The position numbers and the translations under genes were made by a program. Shown piece by piece: positions 37,554-52,520 of a DNA stretch of 64,000 nt. This DNA is from Cetorhinus maximus (lineage: Eukaryota): contig NC_135890.1 of NCBI RefSeq assembly GCF_964194155.1, positions 27,218,001-27,282,000 of the forward strand, given 5' to 3'. Each line of letters begins with the position of its first letter. Positions within the stretch are counted from its first letter, which is position 1. The notes beneath the pieces are model-generated. The model did not search any database, was not told the origin of the DNA, and worked only from the letters and a program-made list of their open reading frames with translations.

Positions 37554-40263
37554 TAGAATTTGTTGGCTTGTTGCTAAGTCTGTACAAGGCACTACACTGT
37601 CACGCTTGGGCTACTGTGAATTAACCCTCAATAATATGTTTGAGATTGCCACAAGTGCTTGAATCAGAGGATGAAAGCTTAAACTTGGAGCCGAAAGGCC
37701 GTTTTTACAAATTCTCATAAACACACGGAATGGCTTTTCCAGGAAATCATTGGAGACAGACAGGTGGAAGCATTTAAGGGCAATTTTGATATTTGAGGAA
37801 GTTTGCAAAGATATGAGGGTTTGAGACCTGCTAGATGGGCTCTACAATCTGTTCCAGGCTATTTTCCTGTAATTATCTGTACTTTCTAAATAAAATTTCC
37901 TTAATTGAAAGCAAGTTTAGTTCCATGGATCACACTTTTTTTTAACTTGGAACCCAGAATCATCCTCAGTATTTTGATTTGTCCTCAAGAAGCCAATATT
38001 CAAATAAGATGACAAAAGCTACATTCTAAATATTGAGAGTTAAGAAATCAGACTTCTTAATGAAGGTGGGGATTAGGGGTTAGCCTTAGAGGCAGGTAAT
38101 GTTTTTGTGATGAAAGTAAGCATTCAAATGGATTGAATGTGGGGGAAGAAACAACTCTGTCATCATTTTACTCTTTAACAATTATCCCATGCTTTTGCAT
38201 GATGTAGTGGAGCAGCAATATTTAAATGACTAAGAGGATGGGACAAGGATACAGAGCCCTGGAGTATATCAGAGGTAACTGTATGGACTTGGAAGGAGAA
38301 ACAATTGGAGGCAATGTACTCTATATAACGCAAGTGATAGGAGTGGACCATGAGAGAGCCATGCCATGTTAGAAAGTTATTTGTGTGGTAAAATGCATTA
38401 AAGAGGGGCAATGATAGAAGTTGCAGTCACATAGGATATTTTTTGTGACTGATTAATGCAGCTCTTAGTACTATTGTTAGAATTGAATCTGATTTGAGGG
38501 TTTTGAACAGGGACAAATGGTAGTTTATCTGAAAGGGAATAATACAACCAAGGACATTGAAAGGAAAGGGAAGGTTGCAGATAAGGGGGTTGGATAACAT
38601 TGGAAGGTTGGAGATTTGTTGTGTGGGGTGGGCTGGGGGCCATATGGTGCTTTTTGGAGCACTTAGGATCATGCTTGAGGATGCCTAGATTGATGAGGTT
38701 GACCATCATGGGGCTAAGGAGGGGAAGGTGGGTTGTTGGGAGGTGATGAGCTGATGTTAGGCTTCATAAATGAGAAATTTAATGAATGGATGGAAGAGAA
38801 ACATTGTTAAGGAGGATGAGGTTCTGTTGAGTATGGGAAAAAAGGAAGGCTGGAAATCAGGAGTGAGCAGAGGAGTCAGAAGCAGGGCAAAGGCCTCAAT
38901 TTTACACAGCACAGACTATCAACTCCTCATTTATGGGAAGGAGCCCCCTCTTTGGTGTTAAGTTCCACCAGGATTGAACTTCTGCCTACCCCTCTATATC
39001 CATTGAACCCTAGCCCATTTTCCAGGGTCAGGACTCATTATGCAGGCTTGGTGGGCTCCCAGTGAGATACCTGTCATCACAAAGGGCCGTGAAACTTCCA
39101 TGTAACTGCAGGGATATTACTGCAGCACCAGAAGAGCTAGCGAGGATCTTAAAATGACTCTTAAATAGCACCTTAAAGATTAGAAAAAAGACTTCCCACT
39201 GAAAGCCTTAGCTGAGACCGAGGCCTTCAGCAGGTATCTCTGGAGCTAACTTAAGGTCTCTCTGGGAAACTCTGGTCCTTCACAAATGCCTTCTGGGGCC
39301 TATTGCCACCTTCTACATGATGGGTTTAGAAAGTGATGGTAACTAGAGAGGAAAGAAGGAAATTCTTCAAAGGAATCAGACTACAAGGCAGGGAAGTATC
39401 AGCTAATGATGATCGGGAAAGTGGTGGTGGAATCCCAAGGGCATTGAAATGCCGCTAGGCCCCATCACCTGAATTTTCCAACATTCTTCAGCACTGTCCC
39501 ACTCAATTTCAGCAGAATAGCAAAGGAGAATTCCCCATTGGTGTTCAAAATTAGGATAAATGGTGTTGATCGGAGGAGGTGGCCTCCTGCAGAGGCACAG
39601 AGTTTGGCATTGTTTCTGCTGAGGATATTTGTGGACTAGTATAAAAAATGGGTGTGGATTTGGAGCAGAAGGGATTCAGGTTCCATTTTGACAAGCAGTG
39701 AGATCAGCCACTCACTTGTGACCTTCCAATTTGGAAACTACATGGGTGACTGTTTTACCAACTGTGATTTAATGGGCTATAGGATGGCAGAGGAGGTGGT
39801 CACAGGAGGTCAATAGAAGCAAGGCAGGTGGTAGGCCAGAGTCTTGGAAGGTTGAATCATGGTGTAAGGTGATGATGGTGGTGTTTTGGAAAAGCAGGAA
39901 AGGAGATAAAAGAAAGGAGATGACAAGGTGTTCAAAGACGGCTGTCAGAGGCCTGAAGTCCAATTATAATGGATAATACAGCTGGTGCTGTTGTTATTCA
40001 TCCTATGATTGGTGATTCAATTATAGATAAACACTTTCAGAACCAGACTCTCTTTCGTAGCCAATCTTTCACTTGAAATTTGAGTCCTTGCACTCCAGCA
40101 TCAGCATTCAACCATTGCTTCCCTGCAAATGAGGGAATATTCAAATCTCAGATAAATTTAATGCACAACACATATCATGATTCCTTTTATGAAGGAAGTT
40201 GAATCCAGGTAAAATATTGTATTTTTATTATTTGGCTTTGCTCATGTTTACATTTTTAAACAG

Positions 40264-40431
40264 GAAGGACCTAGACCTGTCATAAATGTATCAGATGATG
40301 TTTCAAGTGATGAAGATGGCGAGGCTGGATCGCAAGCATTCACGCAACGACGAACTGGGGAACGAACTTCAAGTGACAGTGTATTACGGAATAGAAAATC
40401 TCACCAGTATAAAAGACACTACATTCCTGAG
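40264..40431 (+). CDS. PHTF2: PHTF2 exon (EGPRPVINVSDDVSSDED...VLRNRKSHQYKRHYIPE)
   Basis: aaacag acceptor, gttata donor, 168 bp, phase 0. Confidence 0.9.
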
Positions 40432-40737
40432 GTTATAGACTAGTTTCTTCTTCAGCACCATAATCAACAATGTGTTACATGCTACATTGTACTCTTAACA
40501 TAGTAGAGTAGAATGGACAACAACATTGATAACAAGACCTAGTTAAATCTGAAAGTTATTTGAATTGCTTTTACAATGAAAAGACTACATTTTTTGACTA
40601 AAATGGAGGTCAAAATGAATGCAAGGCAGGTGGACATTATAAAATTTTAAATTACATTTCAGTAGTAGATGAAGCCTACTTAAATAGGGATGGTGCATAT
40701 TTCTGGTACCAACTCATGAGTTGAGTTATACATTTGA

Positions 40738-41004
<267 letters not shown>

Positions 41005-42085
41005 TAATGAGCCATTGTTAAATATTATTCCTTTAATAATATTTAACTTGCATATTTTTGAATGAATCCTTTAGGTTGACTAAAGGCAATATTTAATAGT
41101 TTCAATTACACAATTAATGTTTTGTCAAAGTTTCAAACTGGTGACATCTGTCATGATTCAGGCTTTTCATGCTCAAAAAAAAGGGCTATGTTGCACTTGT
41201 GTTGAAATCAAAACCAAAGTAATTTGGAAGTCTTGTAACGTCCCTACCTCTGAGCCAGAAGCTCTGGGACTTGATGGCAACGGAAGATGTCTTCCCAAAC
41301 AGGTTGATTATTAACCTGCAAATCCTTCCAACACACCTATGGCAGATAGTAAGAGTGGGAGACTATCCTGGTCAGTCAGGACCCTCAGAAGATAGTGGAA
41401 AGCCACTGCAGTACCTTGCCAAACATAACCATGGACCAATACATGAAAGTCCATGCTTGCCAAAGCCCTCTTCGGTCATGGTACCTGAAGAGAGAGAGAA
41501 AATACCAATCAGAAAATAGCATTTATGATAACTTTGGTTTATACAGTGTTATAACATTTTCCAGTATATGTGTAAGTTAACATTAAGCATGATTTTTGAA
41601 TTAACAAGTTATTCACTACTGTATTATCAAAGTTTTGCCATTGCTTTGGTTCTGACCAGACTGAATCAGGTCCCTAACCTCCGCTATACCTTTCCTAGTC
41701 AACCTTTTTTTAACTCATGACCATTGGATGCCAATCTGGAATTAATTTTCTCTAGTTTCATGATACTGAGGGCAGTTGTTTACCTCTACTGCTGTTCTGG
41801 CTGAGATCAGCTAACTCAGCACAGATCAAGGATACAAACTGTGACCTTCCTGGTCTGTATGTTGTCAGAACTTTTAATCAAGTTTGCAGACAAGTCATCC
41901 TTCTATTTTAAGTAATGTGGCAGTGTAGGTGTGTTCAACTATTTTCATTGAGTCGTTGGAACTAACTTAAATGTGCAAGATGCAATTAAACACAAGTTGA
42001 ATGTTTTTAAAATCTGGGGACCGCTGAAGCCATTGACTTTGGCCCTCAACATCAACTCCATATTCCAGCTCTTTGCTCACTCACT

Positions 42086-42700
42086 ATACAGGCATTCATA
42101 GTTACAAAACTACTCTCAGCAAAGCACATGAATATTAAATTACTGTAACTACATAAACCCACTAGTTGTACTCCAAGTTTACCTTAGAAACGTAAGGATG
42201 TTGCTGCTAGTGCTTTTCTCACCATAAGATTACAACAGTTAACCAGAAGGCCCTTCTGGGTTGGGTTGAACCAGACTGTTCACAACCTAGTGTTTAACCT
42301 TATGAACAAACATTTAGGTTGCTATTCACATATATCTTTCTCCAGCTCAGTGTCCATTCTTGTCCGATTAGAAAGCCATGGGACATTTTTCTGAATTCAG
42401 GATGCTATTTTAATGCCAGTTGTTATAAAACTTTGTTTATTTTTTTGCTCTTGGGATGTGGGGAACACTGGCAAGGTTGCACTTATAGCCCATGCTTAAC
42501 TGTCCTGAGTCAGAGCTGGAGGGCCTTCTGATTCTGTTGTAATCTTATGGTGAGAAAAGCACTAGCAGCAACAGCATTACGTTTCTAAGGTAAACTTGGA
42601 TTGCAACTTTGCAAGTACAACCAGTGGGTTTATGTAGTTACAGTAATATGATATTCATGTGCTTTGCTGAGAATAGTTTTGTAACTATGAACGCCTGTAT
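42086..42700. repeat. Long inverted repeat (arms 42086-42254 and 42520-42700)
   Basis: Arms are near-perfect reverse complements; TA-CAG...CTG-TA ends. Confidence 0.85.
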
Positions 42701-42850
42701 TATTAATTGGAAAAGAGAAAAGCTAAGAATCTACACTAGCATAAAGGAGGAAGTGAGATGGTGTTTGCGGGGTAACAGGAAGGAACACATAATGAGGATC
42801 CTTCAACTGCAAGTTAAATCTTTAAAAACTATAATGTGTTGCTATACTAA

Positions 42851-43012
<162 letters not shown>

Positions 43013-44730
43013 TAAACAGGGGAGAAAAATTGTTTAACTTAACACTAACTCCTGCCAACGCAATATGGCCGCTGACCGCGCTTCTGCACATGCATATTGC
43101 TCCGCACGTGCATGGAAATCAAATGTTGTCGCTGCTGCGCCCAGCCTGCCTGGATCACTTTGCTCATGCATCGATGATGTCACTACACACAGGCGTGCTG
43201 CCGGCAGAAGGATCGCGCATGCGCGAATTTCAAAATTCAGTGTTATTTTAGCTGTAGAGGGAGAGAGTGGCCTGCTGTCTCTCTTTGGCCGGGATTTTCC
43301 GGCCCTGTTGCGGGCGAGACCCGCCGCAGGTGAGGTGGCGCCCCTGCCAGAAGTCCATTGACTTGTGACGGGACCGGAAGATCCCAGCGACAGGCAGGTG
43401 CGGAAAATCCCACCCTTTGTTTCTTCACTGGCAGGCTGTCTGCAAGCCCACAACAGAAGAGGCCACTGAACAGTGCAACCAAGTTGACAACGAGTTGCAC
43501 AGCCACCATGAAATCTGACACACTCAATGGGGAGTCCTCCTGTTCCTCCCCATCTCATACTTTCTCCAGCCCAACAAACCTCACTAAACTGCCCCAGACC
43601 CCACACCCATCCCTATATCTGTGACTTCCTCCGACCATCTGTGATTTGTGTGTTGCTACAATTCTGGCCTCTTTAGCATTCTTCATTGCTCCTAAATTGG
43701 AGCCTGTGTTTTCAGCTGCTAAATACCTCATGTATAGAATTAACCTCATTAACTCTTGCTTCCAAGACTCACTCTGTCAAGAAAAATGAGGATTTATTGC
43801 AAAACCAAATTTGTTTTGGATGATTACAAATTCACATGTTTTGTAATTCTACTCCGAGTGTACGTTAAAAGGATGCCACCACCCAACTGATGATTTCAGC
43901 CACACCATCTTTGGCCCTGGCTGCTGCCTACGTCATTGCTTCAAATGATGTGACAAAGCAACACGCTCAAACTGTGCATGCACGAAGCATGCATGGCATT
44001 GGCAAGAAGCGCAGCCTTAACTTAACTTCTCCATATAATATAATGGTTAGAAACTGAATATATCAATGCATTTTGTGCCATAAATTATTCAGGTGGTTTT
44101 AGCAAGTAAGATGAAAGAAATGAAGAAACAAAAAAAAAATCTTTGGCCTCCAATTCCATCCACTTCAATTTTAGCAAATGTCCTCTATCTCCTTAGTTGA
44201 CACTGTAACTGTTATAAACATGCTCTTATTAAAATTACAATAGCCTTATTGAGTACTAATGAGAGAAATAGATAAATGCAGAACTAACATTCTGCATTAG
44301 CCTCCATAAAAATTATGCTCTTTTAACAGATATATGCTTCTAGCAATTGTATTGCTAAACATTTTATTTTCTTTTTTGAGTTGTTCCTTTAGCCTTCCAT
44401 TAGTTTTGCAGTCCATTTCATTTTACTCATTTCTTTCTAATCGATCTATCCATTCCAACCTCCAAGAAGGTCACAGGATTATGTGGAAAATGCCATAGTT
44501 CATTGACAATATTAACAGTATGGTAGAGCTTCCCTTAACTAATATCTGTGGATATAAAGATAGAAAAATAGCGTCAATACTTAATTTGCACAAACCGTTC
44601 ATTAAAGTTATGTGATATTGATTGTAATCTAAATTTATCTTAAGATGCATGTTATAATAATTGGCTGCCCAGTAGAGTGCAAAGCAGCATTTCCATAAAC
44701 AAGCCCTTGCTCCCTGTGATCTGAAACATG

Positions 44731-46078
44731 GGCCAGGATTTTCCCGTCTGCAAGTGGAGGACAGGGCACGCTCGCCGACGTATAAAATGACATGCGGTGA
44801 CGTCGGACGGAACTCCCAACGTCACAACGCCCCATTTAAATTTTCAGGTAGGTGGGGGCTCAGCAAAATCAGCTGTGCGCCCGCCGACCTGCCAATGGCC
44901 AATTGAGGCCACTGACAGAGTCATTTAAGTAATTAATGGACCTGCCCAACCAACCTTTCAGGTTAAAAGCAAAAAACTGCGGATGCTGGAAATCCAAATC
45001 CAAAACAAAAACAAAAATACCTGGAAAAACTCAGCAGGTCTGACAGCATCTGCGGAGAGGAACCCAGTTAACGTTTCGAGTCCGTATGACGCTTGAACAG
45101 AACGAAGGAAAAATAGAAAGGTGAAATATAAGCTGTTTTAAGCGGGGTTGGGACAGGTAGAGCTGGATAGAGGGCCAGTGATAGGTGGAGATAACCAAGA
45201 GATGTCATAGACAAAAGGAGAAAGAGTTGTTGAAGCTGGTAATATTATCTAAGGAATGTGGTAATAAAGGTACAGATAGCCCTAGTGGGGGTGGGGTGGG
45301 GGGGAAGGGATCGAAATAGGCTAAAAGGCAGAGATCAAACAATGGATGAAAATACATTTTAAAATAATGGAAATAGGTGGGAAAAGAAAAATCTATATAA
45401 ATTATTGGAAAAAAGGGGGATCGGAAAGGGGGTGGGGATGGAGGAGAGAGTTCATGATCTAAAATTATTGAACTCAATATTCAGTCCGGAAGGCTATAAA
45501 GTGCCTAGTCAGAAGATGAGGTGCTGTTCCTCCAGTTGGCGTTGAACTTCACTGGAACAATGCAGCAGGCCAAGGACTTTTCAGGTTGGCGGGCAGGCCA
45601 GGAGCCCTGGCGGGCATTAGAAAAAGCGTGAAACCTCATCCACGGGCGAGATGAGGTTTCATGTAGGTTTTAAAAGATTTAATTAGTGTTTCTAAAAGCT
45701 ATGGACATGTCCCAACTCATGTGCCAGTGTCACATGAGGGGACATGCCAGGGAATTTTTTTTTCTATTTTTAATATTTTTTACAGTAGAGCCAATCTCCC
45801 TGAGGCAGCACTTCGCCTAATGGAGATGAGTGAGCTCTTTTGTGCGTATGTGCGAAATAACGCTCTTATCGGGTTTAGGGATTCTCCCCCCCCGCCAGCC
45901 TGCACAGGGAGCGCATGCAGAGGTCACGCTGGGCGGGCCTTAATTGGCTTGCCCACATAAAATGGCGGCGCACCCCAGATCAGGGGCGCCAATCAGAGGC
46001 ACGCCTCCGCGTGCCCGCTCTTCAACTCCCTCCTCCCCCCCCCCCACCCCCACCCCCGACGGGGCGAAAATCCTGACC
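44731..46078. mobile_element. GC-rich MITE (PIF/Harbinger-like) carrying a nested Penelope fragment
   Basis: TIR ggccaggattttc / gaaaatcctgacc; ATG on both flanks; superfamily is inference. Confidence 0.65.
44965..45578 (-). mobile_element. Penelope 3' fragment nested in the MITE
   Basis: Reverse complement of 29330-29966; TSD tttcaggtt at 44956-44964 and 45579-45587. Confidence 0.8.
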
Positions 46079-47334
46079 ATGACCATTAAATGCACAGTAT
46101 CTAATATATTGCACTGGGTTGAACTGAACAGCTTTGTTACTGCAATTTGCATACTGGAAATGATGATCCTCCTTATGCCATCTTGGTATTAGGATCACAA
46201 AAGAGTAACTTTGTCAGAAATACAGAAAATGCAGGAAATACTCAATAGTTCAGACACCATCAGTGGAGAAAGAAACAGAGTTAACTTTTCAGGTCGATGA
46301 CCTTCCATCAGAACTAGCTGTTGGAGATGAACTATTTTTTAGAATGTACAGTTCAGCCTATAATCTATGGATTGGGTTAATTAAAAATAAAAATTAATTA
46401 GTAACAAAAGATCAATGTAACATATTCCACTAGACTACAATATTTAACTTAAAATAGTTAAGTTTAGAATAAACTTAAAATAGTTAACTCTTAAGTTTTA
46501 AGAATAAATTAGATAGATACATGGATGGGAGAGGTCTGGAGGGTTATGGACTAGGTGCAGGTCAATGGGACTTGCGGAATAATATTTTGGCACAGACTAG
46601 AAGGGCCGAATGGCCTGTTTCCGTGCTGTAGCGTTCTATGGTTCTAGAAGGGATGACTAACTTTGCTCAGTAATACTGAACATGGACAAGCGCTTAAAAT
46701 ACCATAGTTGAACCCGAGATTGAGTCCAACCCATGGAACCTTCATGTACTCATTGCTACACAGGCTGCATGATAGTAGAACAGAAAGAGCCTGTAAGCAA
46801 ATATTCTATTCAAATTCATGACTTTGCTGACTCTAGATTCTCAGAAAATCAAGTGTACTTGCTGGATAACACACACAATTGAACAAAGCTATTGGGTTAA
46901 AGTGGTGCTTTCCTAGATTTCATTCTACATGTTGGACACATAGAAGTACCTTTTAATACTTTTAGGACATAGCAGCTTATCCCCATAAACCTAGTACATG
47001 GTTACTAGCTAGGGATGGGTATATATCCTGTTTCCAATAAATAAATTAAACTGTCCTAAACAGTGTATTGTTTCAAAAAATAATATACTATACTATACTA
47101 ATATATGCTCTGACATTAATCAGAACAGATTTCTGAACAGTCACAAAATCTTAGCATAGCTGTTTTGATGGATCAGAAACAAATTGCTAATTGCTTGCAA
47201 TCACTAGTATAGTTAAAGTCCTAATTTTGCACTGTTTCATAATTTAGCCCAACATATTTATCATCAGAATCTAAATATTACAGTTAAAACAAGGCTTTAG
47301 TATTTCAAAATATGGACTTCCTGAATAAAATTCC

Positions 47335-48160
47335 CTTCACTTCTGTTCTCATCCCTTCTCCTCCCACCCAGAACCATCACTTTCAACCCCAACTGTCACG
47401 TTCAACAGATCATTCTTCAGCATTTCTGCCACCTCCAATGTGATGCCACCATCATCAAACACCACTTCCCCTCCTCTCACTTTCCAGCATTGCATAAGTT
47501 TTGTTTGTTCTTTGACACCCTGGTCCACTCTTCAATTATTCCAGTGTGGCCTCACTATTCCATGGCACCTTCCTATGCAAGTGCAGGAGATTCATACCTG
47601 CCCCCCTACCTCATCCCTTCCCATTGTTTAGGGCCTTAACCGCTCCTTCCAGATGAAACAGCGATTAACTTGTACTCCTTTCAATTTGTTATACTGTATT
47701 TGTTGCTCACGATGCAGACTTTCAACATTGGGGAGACCAAATACAGATTGAGGGATCACTGTGTGGAACACCTCTGTTCAGTCTGCAAGCGTGATCCCAA
47801 GGTTACAGTTGCTTGTCGCTTTAATTCTTCATCACTCCCACTCTGACCTCTGTCTTCAGCTTCTTACACTATTCTAATGAAGCTCAAAGAACAGCACCTG
47901 ATCTTTCAAGTAGGTTCTTTACAGCCTTCTGAACTCAACATTGAGTTAACAATTTCGGATCATAATCATTGTTCCCATTTTTTTTCAGTCAGCAGCTGTT
48001 GGTAACATTTCTGCTGTGGTCATTTACAGCTCCTTTAGGCTTATCTTTTGTTTCTTGACCTATCGCCACCCGCTTGCATCATCCCTTTTGTTATTGTCTT
48101 CCACCCAAACAAAGGCCTTCTCTTTTGTTTTCCCACACCTCCCTTTCCCTGCCTCCCTGA
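47335..48160 (+). mobile_element. Old Penelope fragment (GIY-YIG region)
   Basis: Degenerate similarity to 28800-29450 (IGETK; EQHLIF). Confidence 0.65.
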
Positions 48161-48544
48161 TCAATTATGGGGACAAGGTTGAGTTCAGAAGATTACGAAG
48201 ATGTGTGTTTTTTATATTGAAAAAAATGTGATAACTGTTATTTGAAAATTTGATGTTGACTAATAAACTTCCTTCTCCACATTTCTCCTACTGGTGGCTA
48301 CAAACATTGAAATGCTTATATTTTAAGTCCTATATCCTTTCCAAATAAACTGTATGTAATAATTTCTGGGCAATGCAAATATTAACTTTCCAGTTGTTTT
48401 GTGAGGAAGCGGCACTGCACCAAAGTGGATTTAAAACCTAGCTCCTCTGTTTTGCCCTGTTCTTAAATGATTCACAGCTAATTATTGCACCATTCAGAAT
48501 GTCTTTTTGTGCATTTATAGATTTGTAATTTGGCAGTTTTATAA

Positions 48545-48844
<300 letters not shown>

Positions 48845-49925
48845 TGAGATATTTCAGGTTCACGTATTATCTCAATTCCAATGACTTGTTTGAACCACCT
48901 CATGTTATATTTCTTATCCGGCCAATTTACTAGAGCATCAATTTTGAGGAAATTATTTTGATCAGATTTTACTGGGGCAGGGATAGGAAGAAGGGGTAAA
49001 GGAGAAATTGAATTTGATACAAAAACCTGACCAGGAATATGAACGATTATAAAAGAAAATGGTAGAATTTATAGCACATAAGGAGGTCATTTGGTTCTTT
49101 ATGCCTGCATGGACTTTCTGAAGGAGCTGACCAGTTAGTCCCATTGGCCACACTGTTAAAAATTTTCTTTCTCAAATATTTATTTACTTGACATGTAAAA
49201 CCTTTTACAGATTCTGCTTTTGCTACTGTTTCTACTCGGTATAACATAATTGGCCGGCCAAGGGTGGGATATTCCAGGCCTGGAGTCCTGTCTTCAGATC
49301 CAGTTTAAAAATTCAACCCCCTAAACTTCATGATCGGCCAATGGAATTAGTTTTTCCTTATTTACATCATGAAAGCCCCATATAATTTGAGCACCTCAAT
49401 CAGATCTCCTCTTAATTTTCTCTGCTCTAACAAAGAGTTCTGGTTTCTTTAATGTGTCCTCATAATTTCAGCCTCTCATCCCTCGGGTATTACTATAGTA
49501 AATCATTTCAATGGTCTTTCCATGGCCTTTATCCTCCCTAAAGTTTAATGCTCAGAATTGAACACATTTTTCTGACCAATGATTTGTATGGATTTAGTCT
49601 TGCATCTTATGACCCTATTTATAAAAACTAAGATGCCATTTTTTTTTTTAGTTTATGCCAATTTTCACCTGTTTCAGCATATGCTGGGAAGGTTCTCAGG
49701 AAATCTGAGGTGTAACCTGCCAGTTACACTGTTTCAGAAAATTCCAGGCAATTCTGTTTTACTCTTAGAGTATGTCAATTTCTGCTAGGTACATTAAAAT
49801 CCAGGTGAAATTCTCTGGATTGTTGCTGTTTCAGAAATGATTGAATCTTGATATCCTTTTATCATTTGTTTTTGATGAAAAAGTAACTTTTAAGGAATAA
49901 TTAAACCAAATATTTTGTTTTCTAG

Positions 49926-50150
<225 letters not shown>

Positions 50151-50880
50151 TGAGGAAAGGCGAGTCTCAGATATGCTAGGTTGAAATCTTGGTTGGCCTT
50201 TTAAAGATTAGTGTTTTGCCCGCTCCTTCTCGGGCCAACTATGCCAGAGGTGCCAGGTCAGTGTCAGAGCTTCCTATGCTGGGAGTTCCCACTTTCCTGG
50301 CACATAAGGGGCTGAGCATTAGGAACAGGAGTAGGCCATTTAGCCCCTTGAGCTTTTCTGCCATTTATTGAGATCGTGGCTGATCTGCAGTCTAACTCCA
50401 TATATTATGTTGGAGACTATATGATAATTGGAAAGAAGGGTCCAGAGATGTGGAAATCTGCTCCATTGGGGAAGGGGTTCAGACTAGGTAAGAACCTTTA
50501 ACCTCCAAAGATAGAGGCCTGTTTTTAAAAGAAAACTTGCTGTCGCTGCCCTTACACAGGTGTCTAAGGGGCACATTTGGAGTGGGAAGTGACCAAGGCA
50601 TCCAGATACCAGGACAACATGGGGCAAGCTGGTGCCTGAGTTACATCCATGATGATGTGGGCATCTGTTGGCCCCATGCAAATAAGGTACACACAGCCTA
50701 CAAACTCTGGTGGATGTATTGGTGGACCAGACTCAGCATAACTGTTAGAAATTCGATGTGTATGCAATATTAGAAAGAAAATTCATTACGATATTTTGCA
50801 GAAACACAAACACCTCATTGCAAAATTTGGAACTTTTCTAAAAGTGAATCATTGCATAACTAGTAGAAAAGTTAATTCAG

Positions 50881-52520
50881 TGGCCCAGGTCTTCCAGTCT
50901 CCAGATTGTTGGAGGCCGGACGTAGTCACCCCGCCCCCCACCCACAAAAGATGCACTTTGGAACCCTGCGGAAGTCCTGACGTAGTGACTCTGCGTGAAT
51001 TGCCTGGGAAGTTTGAATTTCAGATGGGCAATTCCCCTGTTCCCCAGGACTCTCCGAAAAAGTTTCTGACTCTTTTGGACAGTTCCAACTTACTTACCTG
51101 AATAGTTATTGTTGTGGTAAAAAGAACCACTCTCGAGTCTGTGAGCTTCAAGTAAGCAAGGATTTTATTACAAGCATATGCTGGGAGAAACACAGCTTGG
51201 TTCTCGCAGGGTATGTATCTCCAGTAACTAGGCTGTGTAACATATTTATAACTTTTAGTTACAACCTTCAGCTACACACATCACAAAATGTAATGATTAT
51301 TCAGGCTGCAGATGTCCTCTGTTCTCTCACTGGGAGGCTGTTAGTGTTTGGGGACTAATAACTGCTTATCTGTTTCCTTATCTCCTTAACACCTTGTTTA
51401 CCCAAGTTGCGAATGCAATTACATTTTCTAGGTTCTCACAGTATTGGCTACATGCCCCATCATGCCAACAGTGTTGGCTATATTTCTCATCATGCTTAGA
51501 AAGAGCTCTCATAACTACATTTGTCTATTCTAAAGCTATTAATGCATGCCTTAATATGAATCTTAGTATTAAATTATTTCAGTTACCCCACTTCAGTTAC
51601 CCAGGAAACGTTAGACAGAAAAATCACAGTCTAAACCCTGGATAGCTATACAACTGACATGCCCATCTACTCCCTGTCCCCCCGACTATATCCCGACCAC
51701 ATCCTGACCCAACGTGACGAGCCCCAAGCACCCGACTAACTCTCCCCCCCGCCACCCCACAGACCTGACTTGACTAGCCCCCACCACCTGACTTTCCCTC
51801 CTCTCCCCGACCCAATCTGACTACCTCCTGACAATCCCCCAACCCAATCTGACCTGCCCCCATCACTTGACTTGCCCCGACTCCTGCAGCCCGACCTGAT
51901 TAGCCCACTGAGTCCCCAACTTCCCCCAACCTTAACTTGACTAACCCCCAGCACCCAACTCCCTCCTGACTTCCTCCCCCGACCTGACCTGACTAGCCGC
52001 CGCCACCTGGTTTCCCTCCCACCCTCGACCAGACCCAACTAGCCTTCGACCTGAAACTCCACCCAACCTGATCACCCCCTGAACACCTACCACCTCACCT
52101 GCTTGCCAACCTGCCCAGCTTCCACCCTACCCATCAACACTCTGCCCAGCTGCCACCCTGCCCACCTGTCATGCTACCCACATCCCACTTACCTCACCCA
52201 CCCTACCTGCTTAATCACTCATTCCCTCACCCATTCGTTAACACATTGAAAAGCTGTTTAAGTATCCCAAAACTTTAGTGAACATTTGCCAGCAAACAGT
52301 AGCTAATACTGTAAGGGCTTGCTTTGTCCCTTCCCACCCCCTCTCACCCACGATGATCCAGTACCACGAGGATGCAGTTCGATGGAGGGCCTCTCCACAT
52401 TTCTGAAGAGGCCGGGATTGGAAAACCCGACCAGAAATATGGATCTCCGTCGTGGCGCAGCAAAGTAGGAGCAGAGTGGCAATCTGACAGTGATTGTTAC
52501 TCCTTGGAAGATTCGGGCCA
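50881..52520. mobile_element. GC-rich MITE with C-rich internal repeats and a nested solo LTR
   Basis: TIR tggcccaggtcttcca / tggaagattcgggcca; internal similarity to 34600-34830. Confidence 0.6.
51110..51595 (-). repeat. Solo LTR (~486 bp)
   Basis: TGTTGTGG...CCACTTCA termini; gttat/gttac flanks; AATAAA and TATAAA on the minus strand; host MITE resumes after it. Confidence 0.65.

Noticed and set aside
51680-52210. CRISPR-like or coding tandem array
   Set aside because: Irregular C-rich ccgacctgac-type repeats inside a MITE; no constant repeat-spacer period, and the context is eukaryotic.
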